The notes below the pieces were generated by a model. That model was not told where the DNA came from and searched no databases. It was given only the letters and a program-made list of their open reading frames with translations. A stretch of DNA of 15,139 bases from Pseudomonadota bacterium (GTDB lineage: Bacteria; Bdellovibrionota_C; UBA2361; OMII01): NCBI GenBank assembly GCA_038134595.1, contig JAYPVM010000021.1, positions 1 through 15,139 on the forward strand, written 5' to 3'. Position numbers and translations under genes: made by a program. Below, in pieces: positions 7,541 through 15,139 of the stretch (position 1 is its first letter; each line of letters opens with the position of its first letter).

Positions 7541-9307
7541 TCCACTCGACGAGTTCAGCAGTTCTCGATGTCGCTGAAACCATTTTGCTACTAGGAAGCA
7601 TCCCCACAACGATGGCGCTAACGTATAGTTTTTGTTGATGTAAAAAGCGTCCAGAAGAAAGGTTAGTCCAGCTCTACTCAACCCCAAGCTAGAAATTATT
7701 CGGGTTGTAGCGAGGAGGTCAAGCACCTCGACCTTAAGACTACCTTTGAGCCATTCTGCGATTGGTGCGCTAAACGGCGATTTTGTTCTTTCCAGATCCT
7801 GTTCTGGAATGCCGATGTCAGCGAGAGACCTACGCAGATTCTGCTTCTCTATGGGAGCACCAAGGCCAGTCTCGGGGGATAATCGCCGTGCGACTTTCGC
7901 GAACCTATTAACGAGAAATGGGTATCGACATTCAAGACCAAAATGCATCAGCAACCTGTCGCCTCGGTGAAGATGGTAATCCGCTAGCCTGTATCTACAT
8001 TCAAAGTCCCAGATTGCCTCCCATGTTTGATCGACACGACCGGTGCAGAAGATTGGTTTCTCGAAGGGAACACCGGCTATCCATTCTGGATCGAGAATTC
8101 GTTGAAGTCGTTCTGGCACCCACCCTATGGCAGCCTTGTATGCGGCAGTTATGTCGTATTTCTGTGTTTGCTCTATTTGGGAGGCGGCGTAAATGCGACG
8201 CGCGTAGTCATAGCCCCAGAGAAGCTCATCTGCCCCATCTCCTGTAAGCACACCTGTCACATGTTCCTTAGCGAACTGTGCTAATAAAAAAATGCTCGGA
8301 CTTACCGAGGAAAATAGTGGTTCGTCGAGAGCTTCGACCATTTGGCCAAGGCAGCTCGATACATCCTCCGCGGTCACTGCTATAGTGTGATGTCGTAAAT
8401 TTAACCTTCGCGCGACGCGTCGCGCATGCAGCATGTCCTGCGTTTCGGGGGTTTCGGTGTAACCAATAGAAAAAGCGGGAAGGTCAGTAATTTCTCGTGC
8501 AAGGGAGGCGATCGCCACCGAGTCGAGACCCCCGCTGAGAAAGATACCGAGCGGCCGGTCAGAATCTAGAGTGAGACGCACCGCTTGCGCCAGCTCATCT
8601 GCAAGAGACACTGTCGACTTGCCATGCTCCCACTGCTGCTCACCTAGAGACTGACAATGCCAAACCGAGCTGAGAGTATCGAATACCACCATATGGCCAG
8701 CAATGAGCTTCTGAATGTTCTCAAAGATGCTTGCGGGCGCGGGTACAAAACGATAGTCGTAATATTTTTTGAGTCCGGCTGAATCGATATTCATATCGAT
8801 TCCACACTTGTAGAATGCCTTTAGCTCGGAAGCGAAAAAAAATTCGTCATCATAGGCTGCAAAATAGAGCGGTTTGCATCCGTACCTATCTCGCGCCAAA
8901 ATCAACTTATCATTCCTAGCATCCCAGAGCGCAAAAGCGAACATCCCATCAAGCTTTTCGAATGCTGAGATACCGTACTCCTCGTAGAGATGCACTATGA
9001 CTTCGCCATCGCCGCAGGACCGAAAGCTATGACTGGCTGCAAGATCTTGCCGAAGAGAACGGTGATTGTAGATTTCTCCGTTAAAAAAAAGTTTGATCGT
9101 TGTGTCTTCGTTGGTTAATGGCTGCTCAGAACCCTTCGGATCAAGCATACTAAGTCGAACGCTCCCGAGGGTCGTTGCCGGTCCGACGTGTTGCAGACTC
9201 GTCTGATCTGGTCCGCGATGACGAACCGCGTGAAGCATTGCTTTGACAGTCAGATCACGCCACTCGAGCGCTACCTTTTTAGAGTGAATACCGACTATTC
9301 CACACAC
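7526..9307 (-). CDS. asnB: Asparagine synthase (glutamine-hydrolysing)-like amidotransferase
   Basis: MCGI N-terminal Ntn cysteine, HRGPD, NGEIYN, GMFAFALWD, ARDR.G.KPLY, LSGGLDS PP-loop and GDGADE. The GTG start overlaps the upstream TAG. Confidence 0.93.
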   Translation of the reverse strand: MCGIVGIHSKKVALEWRDLTVKAMLHAVRHRGPDQTSLQHVGPATTLGSVRLSMLDPKGSEQPLTNEDTTIKLFFNGEIYNHRSLRQDLAASHSFRSCGDGEVIVHLYEEYGISAFEKLDGMFAFALWDARNDKLILARDRYGCKPLYFAAYDDEFFFASELKAFYKCGIDMNIDSAGLKKYYDYRFVPAPASIFENIQKLIAGHMVVFDTLSSVWHCQSLGEQQWEHGKSTVSLADELAQAVRLTLDSDRPLGIFLSGGLDSVAIASLAREITDLPAFSIGYTETPETQDMLHARRVARRLNLRHHTIAVTAEDVSSCLGQMVEALDEPLFSSVSPSIFLLAQFAKEHVTGVLTGDGADELLWGYDYARRIYAASQIEQTQKYDITAAYKAAIGWVPERLQRILDPEWIAGVPFEKPIFCTGRVDQTWEAIWDFECRYRLADYHLHRGDRLLMHFGLECRYPFLVNRFAKVARRLSPETGLGAPIEKQNLRRSLADIGIPEQDLERTKSPFSAPIAEWLKGSLKVEVLDLLATTRIISSLGLSRAGLTFLLDAFYINKNYTLAPSLWGCFLVAKWFQRHRELLNSSSGLPNR

Positions 9308-10482
9308 TATCCAAGATCCTTGAGAAAAGAGCAGAATGTTTTGTAAAATTGTGCTATTGAAAATTTATTTGCCATTTCCTGGCTCTCTTTCGATTTTTCA
9401 AGCCAATGGACGTCGTCATTCATGAGCATCCCCAGCTTTTGCTTTGCCTCCTCCCAGGTCGTAAAGAGAAGGTCGGATGGGATGAACTCTGGGTACGCCC
9501 CATAGGAAGGCGCAAGAACCGGAATACCAAGACTCAAACAATCAATGCTCGACATCGACCACACGCAGGCTTTGCGGGGCGCTGCCAGTCCAACACGCGC
9601 CTCGAGGAGAATGTCACGATAGGCTTCTCTACTTGTTCCTCCATTGAGAATTCTTGTTCTCGGCTTCTCCCTAATAAGGGTTCGATAGAGTGTCGGACTA
9701 TCGTTAAAGAGAGCACGAGAGCTGGATCGCCGCGGCATAGGGTCCGCCACCAAAACGTCAACATCAAGATCGTGTATCATGTCAATGTAAGATAGGAATT
9801 CGTCGGTTCCGTAGCTTTGGTACAACCTATGATTATAGACGAGAGTACGCCGAGGCGGAGGAGTAGGATCTCCTATTCTGAAAATCATGGGATCGAGCAT
9901 CGGTGGAAGAATCCGAATGTCCTTTTCGATCTTAATGTTGAAGCTTTTGGCTGCCCCATAGAGAAGTTCAGCAGCAAAGCGACTTTGGGTGAAGAATACA
10001 TCTGACAGTAATAATCCGCTCAGAATGTTCAGAACAATTGAGCTGCCCAATCCGAACGCGTTGAGCGAAGGGTCAATTATTGGCGGACCTTCAGATTGTG
10101 GATAGAGCGCTGGATAGTGGCAATAGGTGAGTAACTTGGTGTCGAGCCCTCTCGCGGAGGCGATTGCTGCCCTGATGGCGGGACTAAGCTCCGCCTGCTG
10201 ATTGAAGAAAAAGTTGGGCTGAATACGCCTGATGGTCTCTGTGATTTTTTCGAAAGGAAATGAGTAACGCGACCCATACCGGGATGCTCCGAGATCACAT
10301 GAAATATAGGTTGCTGTACTAGAGATGAGTGCCTCCACCTCCGGAATATTAGGTCCAAGTACCGTATATGTGTGGCCAGCCTTGCGAAATTTTCGAGAGA
10401 TAATCGACTGAAAAACCACACCCGAATCACAGATAGGATCATCGACATTGGAAATATTGATAAGGGCGAGGATATTCATCAT
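9307..10482 (-). CDS. GT-B fold (GT4-like) glycosyltransferase
   Basis: FTQSRFA, ILPP, LVYNHRL, SREAY..IL and WSMS.IDCLSLGIPVLAP..GAYPE (the GT4 C-terminal donor-binding region). ATGA overlap with the upstream enolpyruvyl transferase. Confidence 0.8.
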   Translation of the reverse strand: MMNILALINISNVDDPICDSGVVFQSIISRKFRKAGHTYTVLGPNIPEVEALISSTATYISCDLGASRYGSRYSFPFEKITETIRRIQPNFFFNQQAELSPAIRAAIASARGLDTKLLTYCHYPALYPQSEGPPIIDPSLNAFGLGSSIVLNILSGLLLSDVFFTQSRFAAELLYGAAKSFNIKIEKDIRILPPMLDPMIFRIGDPTPPPRRTLVYNHRLYQSYGTDEFLSYIDMIHDLDVDVLVADPMPRRSSSRALFNDSPTLYRTLIREKPRTRILNGGTSREAYRDILLEARVGLAAPRKACVWSMSSIDCLSLGIPVLAPSYGAYPEFIPSDLLFTTWEEAKQKLGMLMNDDVHWLEKSKESQEMANKFSIAQFYKTFCSFLKDLG

Positions 10483-11816
10483 TGGGTAGCCCAACGCAGC
10501 GGCGGCTCTTCATATAACCTATTGAATTTTGTGATAAAGGTCGCGTATCCGCGCATCAGATGGCTCGCTCCGACTAAACGTGTATTTAGCTTATATGCAA
10601 GCGCTGCGACGAGTAGCGCGGCAGAGTCCCTAACATCGTAACCACGAAGTGTCGCAGCTTCATGGAGGTTCCAAGTCGGGAGAATAGTGACTTTGTTGCC
10701 TGTCACGGTCATGGACGCCCCGATATCGGATAGTGTCTGGGCGTAAGTGAATCGCCCTTCCCAAACCTTTTCAGTAATGGATCCGCCTCTCTTGCTTCGG
10801 AGCATAAGAAGAGCAAAAAATGGCTGGTGGTCGCTGTGAATGCCAATTGGATTGACTGTGATGTCGCATCCTTGTATCTCCTGGTGCGCGTCAACGATAC
10901 AGTCAGTATCTGAAAACTCAAGGTGGACATTCATTGACTGGAGAAGATCCAGTTCGGCACGCAGATTGCTCCTGAGAGTCGGCATATCGGCTCCAACGAG
11001 GCGAACTCGAGAACCCTCAAGGAGCGCGAGCGCCGTGTACGTCATGAATTCACTTATGCAGCTGGAGAGAGTAAAGCCAGCAGGTTCGTGCGGACGAGAA
11101 AACTGTTGCCCCTTTGAAACTGTTATCTTATTCGCACTTATCTCGACTGAAAAACCGATCAAGCTCAGATAACTCAATAGATCCTTAACGTCCCCTTTAA
11201 GGTAAGGATTGAGGAGGATAACAGATTGTGTGATTGCGGCCATTATGAGGGCTGTTTTCGTCGCCCCACCGACCATGGGTCCGGCCAATTCACTTGGTGA
11301 AGTCGAATATTCCATGATGTCAATTACGACATCACGAGGCTGCAGTGTCAACTTGCCCTTAATGACACCATTTGCTCTATTCACAGAAACTCCAAAAGCT
11401 GACATGACTGATAGAATATGTTCTATGGGGCGTGGCCCCGTACCACTACACCCACCAATCTGACACCCACCTGACTCTCCAAACTCAAATTCGGATAATC
11501 GGCAAATATATGCAGGCATAAGATACATGGACCCATGGATCTTCTTGCTTAATTCCTTCGGAATGCGAATTTCGTGGAGCCCCTCCGATTCGATAACGAG
11601 ATCCTCATTCCGGAGTTTCGCGGAACAGCCTGCCGCGCTAAGGATATCGCAAAAAACTACAGTATCGTTCACCTCCGGAACGTTGGATATGCGAGTATGA
11701 ATACCATTTGCGATGGATGCGCAAATTACTTGCACCATAGCATGCTTGAATCCAGACAAATGTACTGTGGCATTAGACGAAAACCTGGATGGGGTGATGA
11801 CTAACTCATCGTTCAT
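10479..11816 (-). CDS. Enolpyruvyl transferase of the NikO/PolA type (EPSP synthase/MurA superfamily)
   Basis: SGFKH in place of MurA GAKNA and IHGS.YL.PA in place of MRAS. Also GGCQIG (Cys118) with an inserted loop before RPIEH, GP..GGATKTAL, PYLK.DV, SD.QPF.ALL, VWE.RF and HL.RGY. These match NikO/PolA features as I recall them. Confidence 0.85.
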   Translation of the reverse strand: MNDELVITPSRFSSNATVHLSGFKHAMVQVICASIANGIHTRISNVPEVNDTVVFCDILSAAGCSAKLRNEDLVIESEGLHEIRIPKELSKKIHGSMYLMPAYICRLSEFEFGESGGCQIGGCSGTGPRPIEHILSVMSAFGVSVNRANGVIKGKLTLQPRDVVIDIMEYSTSPSELAGPMVGGATKTALIMAAITQSVILLNPYLKGDVKDLLSYLSLIGFSVEISANKITVSKGQQFSRPHEPAGFTLSSCISEFMTYTALALLEGSRVRLVGADMPTLRSNLRAELDLLQSMNVHLEFSDTDCIVDAHQEIQGCDITVNPIGIHSDHQPFFALLMLRSKRGGSITEKVWEGRFTYAQTLSDIGASMTVTGNKVTILPTWNLHEAATLRGYDVRDSAALLVAALAYKLNTRLVGASHLMRGYATFITKFNRLYEEPPLRWATQ

Positions 11817-11834
11817 ACGGCACCTTCGACATTG

Positions 11835-13118
11835 CTAGTGAATGGCTCCTCTCGTATGGACAAATTTTCGCTTGACCACTCCAAAGATCCGGACCTGAAC
11901 CTCTTGTTCGGTTAAATCTACCACTGCAAACCCTCTGGATGGCTCATCAGAGACTTCGTACCGCTCGACAGGTGACGGTAGGGTAATGTAAGGAATGTCA
12001 TCGTGCATTACGATATCGCTCAAATGAGCGTGTCCACAAAAAACAGCACGCACTCGAGGACTGGCGGCTAAGACGGCGCGCACTTGCTCCCTGTTCTCAA
12101 CGAGACAAATTTGCGGAGCTTTAGAAAACCATGGATTGTTATCAAGCTTCATTTCGCTGAGGGGGTGATGGGTGAAAACAACACAGTCTTTCGTCGCTTC
12201 GCCGAGAACCGCTGATAGCCAACTAAGTTGGTTCTCGTCGATTGAGGGTATGCCGTGCGGGCGTTCGGGGTGATTCGAATTAAGAACGATGCAAATTGCA
12301 CTTGGAAACTCGGTAACATAATATGAGCTTGGCTTCGACGTGTACTCACTAAACTCCTGGCTAGTGAGTTTGGCGGCCTCGTGATTTCCCATCACATGCA
12401 GTACTGGAGCGAAAGCCTTACTAAGAACGTCGAGCGACGTGCGAAACTCCCGGATAATTGTCTTTTCATCCGCACTATCCTCGACAAGATCACCAAGATC
12501 TACAATTGCGTCAGGGAAGATAGTGGAATTGGCCTCATCTACAAAAGCGGCTAGAAATGCCTTTGAAAATTGATTGAGCTTGCGTTCTTGACCTAAAGAG
12601 TAGCCCGGCGGCGGGCCACTGTGGAGGTCGGCAAGCATTGCGAACCGAAATCGATTTGGTTCACGAAAATTTCTAGTCGCCACAAACTGGAAACAACTCT
12701 CTTGGGCAGGGGAAAGACTTGGCGCCCTCACTTGTGAGAGGTCAACTTCAGGAAGAAGAAATGGATCATTGGCAGCACGAACCACTTCAGGGAAAGCGGT
12801 CATCTGAAATTCCGCAAGAACATCCGCAAGAACAGAAGGCGCATCAACCGAAAGATCGGCAGAAGAATAAGAGGCATTGATTTCTGTCATCTTTGAGTGA
12901 AAACGGGTGAGCGCTGCAGCCCCAATCGCCGACATGCGATGAACAGTCTCTACTGGGACATCAGGAAAATGAGTACTCACCCACTCCAAAGCGGTCTTAG
13001 CCAGAATACCCGGCTCAGGTTGAGAAAGCGCTCTCTCGGAGAAAGAAGCAGATGCAAAATCTTGCCTCTTATCATTAGGACTAATCGAATTCGAGAGATA
13101 CGGATCCGGCTGCTGCAT
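11835..13118 (-). CDS. Calcineurin-like metallophosphoesterase (CpdA-like) with a ~150-aa N-terminal extension
   Basis: All five motifs are present: DLH, LGDL, GNHE, FTHHP and GHAH. The catalytic domain begins at about residue 155. Confidence 0.88.
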   Translation of the reverse strand: MQQPDPYLSNSISPNDKRQDFASASFSERALSQPEPGILAKTALEWVSTHFPDVPVETVHRMSAIGAAALTRFHSKMTEINASYSSADLSVDAPSVLADVLAEFQMTAFPEVVRAANDPFLLPEVDLSQVRAPSLSPAQESCFQFVATRNFREPNRFRFAMLADLHSGPPPGYSLGQERKLNQFSKAFLAAFVDEANSTIFPDAIVDLGDLVEDSADEKTIIREFRTSLDVLSKAFAPVLHVMGNHEAAKLTSQEFSEYTSKPSSYYVTEFPSAICIVLNSNHPERPHGIPSIDENQLSWLSAVLGEATKDCVVFTHHPLSEMKLDNNPWFSKAPQICLVENREQVRAVLAASPRVRAVFCGHAHLSDIVMHDDIPYITLPSPVERYEVSDEPSRGFAVVDLTEQEVQVRIFGVVKRKFVHTRGAIH

Positions 13119-13704
13119 AGACGCGATAAATCATTTGGTGTAAAAAATTTGATATTAACACAGCCCTAATCACAAAGAAATTGAGCGGATTTCTTTTCTG
13201 AATGCTGACCCTAGGCTCAAAGGAACCTTTTTGGCCGCACAATCACGCTGGTTTCCGAGGAGGAATTTTCTGCAAGATTCGACATAATTTTAGACGCCGC
13301 CACAATTCACGCCTAATCGTCGACAACAAGCCGCTCAAAAATTGCTAAGTAGACCCCTAAAAGAATCCCTCTCCGCTCGTAAGTAATCGAAGTGATTAGA
13401 CTGAGTAATTACTTTGAGAGGAGAGGGATATGGGAACACCCAGTTACGAAGGTAAGCAGGTGTATGTGGGGTTGGATGTTCATCGTGAGTTTTTCGTTAC
13501 GAGTTGCATCTGTGACGGGGTTGTCGTTAAGCGGTACCGCGATAAAGCCGTAGCACAGGTGAGCCAGAGAGAAAATCTCAGACTCTTGGTAAAACCTTAA
13601 TTTCAAAAGGGAAATGGGAAGGTCTACCGCTACAACCGCTCTCGCTGAAGGGGCACTCTTGAACCAGCCAATTCGCAAAAGCTTTAGACTGTCAAACTCA
13701 AGTG

Positions 13705-13919
13705 AGCAAAGTAGCAAGAATAGCAGGGGTACGCCCACCTGGTGTATCACTGGATGGTACTGGTGGTGCCTAGTTTGGTAGTAAATTAAAACAGTTGAGG
13801 GGCGTGATCCCCCCTTCCGTCAAAACCCGCGACGGCGTGAGAAAGGTTGCAGGCGACGGTCGTCAGGCAAGGGATGGAGGGATTTTAGGCCCCACCCCTG
13901 CTACTCCTGCTACTCTGCT
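13705..13919. repeat. Inverted pair of TAGCA-triplet arrays (iteron/origin-like)
   Basis: AGCAAAGTAGCAAGAATAGCAGGGGT (13705-13730) matches the reverse complement of 13894-13919 (AGCAGAGTAGCAGGAGTAGCAGGGGT) at 23/26. An AT-rich patch lies between them (about 13780-13795). Confidence 0.7.
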
Positions 13920-14860
13920 AACTACCTCGAGCCCAGAGCCTTGGATGCGCGAGATACGTTATGTGCTTACTCTTTGCATCGCAATGGATCTGCAGATAGC
14001 CATGATTCACCAGGATACCCAAAGCTCTCGCGTTTTTTGTCCGTCTTTTCTTGCGCAACCTGGGCCATACCGTCGGATCCGAGTGAGGTTGAAAGTGCGG
14101 AGCTCCTCCCTCTGAATGTACTTCAGGATTGCCGCTGCTCGATGTAACCTGAAATCTCGACTTCCCTCCTGATCCACACGGAGCGCCTCGTTTAGGTAGA
14201 AACGAGCACACCTCATCCCTGCCTCAAAAGAGTCCTCAGATATGGTCTCCGAGTGAATGTCGGCAAAGAATTGAAAGGTTGCTGCTAACCTCAACGCCTG
14301 CTCGGGCATCTTCGACGCTGTACCACTTATCTCCGCTAAATCCCCATCAGGGCCTTGCCGAGACTCCACCTCGTTATAAAACTCGATGTAGATCTCCTCA
14401 GCAGCCGGAGAAAGCGCGAGAGTACGCGGCTGTAGCTGGCAACCACCACCCTCTTTGAGTGGTAGCGCCAGTTGCAGGATCTCTCTTACTCGATTGAGGA
14501 AGTTCACCATCCCTCGCGCCTCTCGGGGATTTTCGCGGACGAAGACCCTACTACCCTTCGTTGATATGGCACGGGTCAATAAACAGCGGGCCCCCAATCC
14601 CTGTTCTTTCATTTCCTGATTGCCAGCGATAAACGCATTGAATACAACCTCCTGCGCCATTAAGTGCATGCACACTCTCTTCCCGGGGTGCGAGTTCATG
14701 CCATCGGAAGACCTTGCTCGATTCACTCCCTTGCCATCCCAGCAACTGGAAAACCCGGCCATCGTCCTAAGGCGGTTTTCTGCGTTCATTGAGTAGCCAC
14801 CCAAAAAGATCGCTGCCTCATCACAGAATAGCCCCGCTATCGTAGGTTCCATCGGCGCCA
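13918..14860 (-). pseudogene. DUF3987/YfjI-family (island primase/helicase-associated) gene, decayed
   Basis: EPT..GL, DEAAIFLGG.SM, WDG...R.R, GL.AR.L, K.PEQALRLAA and RYGP. The N-terminus is missing. The typical C-terminal ALGILVNHGYL is in a different frame (ORF 13918..14211), implying a frameshift near the T6 tract at 14033-14038. Confidence 0.75.
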
Positions 14861-14880
14861 GGGAATAGGAGCTATTCCCT
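14860..14880. other. Perfect 9-bp-stem hairpin at the junction of two gene remnants
   Basis: AGGGAATAG-GAG-CTATTCCCT; it overlaps the minus-strand stop at 14872-14874. Confidence 0.5.
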
Positions 14881-15086
14881 TCCCAACTGAGCATCCACTT
14901 GCCCGAGTAGCCGCTCTCGGAGCCCGTTCCTTGCAAAGCTACAGACGTCCATGTCCGGCGAAGCAAGCTCTAGACAGCCAGCACTCAAACTCTCCACCTG
15001 CGATATCTTTTCGGCACTCTCCTTAAAGCAAGTGCCATAGCACTTGGAGCCCCCTTCCCACTTTAGGTCACTAAAGCCGCTAACAA
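14872..15086 (-). pseudogene. C-terminal fragment of the same SIR2/AbiH-like gene, starting in the 45-bp repeat
   Basis: Not in the ORF track because it has no start. The frame is open from 15138 and reads VSGFSDLKWEGGSK-CYGTCFKESAEKISQVESLSAGCLELASPDMDVCSFARNGLRERLLGQVDAQLGRE*. It runs through the repeat in the same frame as the fragment at 1202-1349. Confidence 0.5.
15042..15086. repeat. 45-bp perfect direct repeat, right copy (att-like)
   Basis: Identical to 1204-1248. Confidence 0.95.
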
Positions 15087-15139
15087 GGGATATTGAGTAC
15101 TCTGGATATCCTCCGCTCCCGACTTGGCGACACTCTCTC

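Larger units (their letters stand above)
1204..15086. mobile_element. Putative integrated element / genomic island (13,838-bp unit)
   Basis: Bounded by the 45-bp direct repeats and contains a DUF3987 remnant plus iteron-like repeats. No integrase is present in the window. Confidence 0.5.

Noticed and set aside
7526..9307. Lasso peptide cyclase
   Set aside because: It has an intact Ntn glutaminase Cys (MCGI), and no RRE/B-protease or precursor peptide is visible.
1905..10482. Standard O-antigen/capsule locus
   Set aside because: There are no Wzx/Wzy/Wzm/Wzt or other multi-pass membrane proteins and no initiating transferase. It cannot be fully excluded if these are encoded elsewhere.
10479..11816. 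Housekeeping murA or a fosfomycin-resistance MurA copy
   Set aside because: It lacks the GAKNA, MRAS, SVGAT and PGFPTD MurA signatures, the fosfomycin-target Cys equivalent is retained, and the context is biosynthetic.
13409..13750. 113-aa minus-strand ORF, and plus-strand ORFs 13795-14115 and 13941-14147
   Set aside because: They have no recognisable motifs and overlap the iteron-like repeats or lie antisense to the DUF3987 remnant.
14861..14966. N-terminal ~35 aa of ORF 14007..14966 as a genuine DUF3987 start
   Set aside because: It is a TTG start without an RBS, in an alternative frame of the SIR2-like C-terminal fragment. DUF3987 similarity begins only near EPT.
15088..15111. GGATAT...GAGTACTC...ATATCC dyad just outside the right repeat
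   Set aside because: The arms are only 6 bp with no counterpart at the left repeat, so it could be chance.

Overview
Accessory (genomic-island-like) bacterial region of about 50% GC. The left end has a truncated type I restriction-modification hsdM with an upstream small HTH gene. A 128-bp MITE-like element follows. Next is a 13.8-kb segment bracketed by a perfect 45-bp direct repeat (1204-1248 / 15042-15086). This segment carries an 11-gene nucleotide/sugar-modifying cluster. Its core is a co-oriented minus-strand operon: metallophosphoesterase, NikO/PolA-type enolpyruvyl transferase (not a housekeeping MurA), GT-B glycosyltransferase and AsnB-type amidotransferase, the last three translationally coupled. 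The cluster also has three GT-A/GT2-like glycosyltransferases, a beta-propeller protein, a SAM methyltransferase, a GDP-mannose 3,5-epimerase-like enzyme and a P-loop kinase. No NikJ/PolH radical SAM gene is present, so this looks like an undescribed enolpyruvyl-nucleotide tailoring pathway. The right part has a decayed DUF3987/YfjI gene with inverted iteron-like repeats downstream. The 45-bp repeat splits a SIR2/AbiH-like gene remnant whose two halves are in permuted order and would rejoin in frame if the segment circularised. All family assignments come from motif recognition, not database searches.
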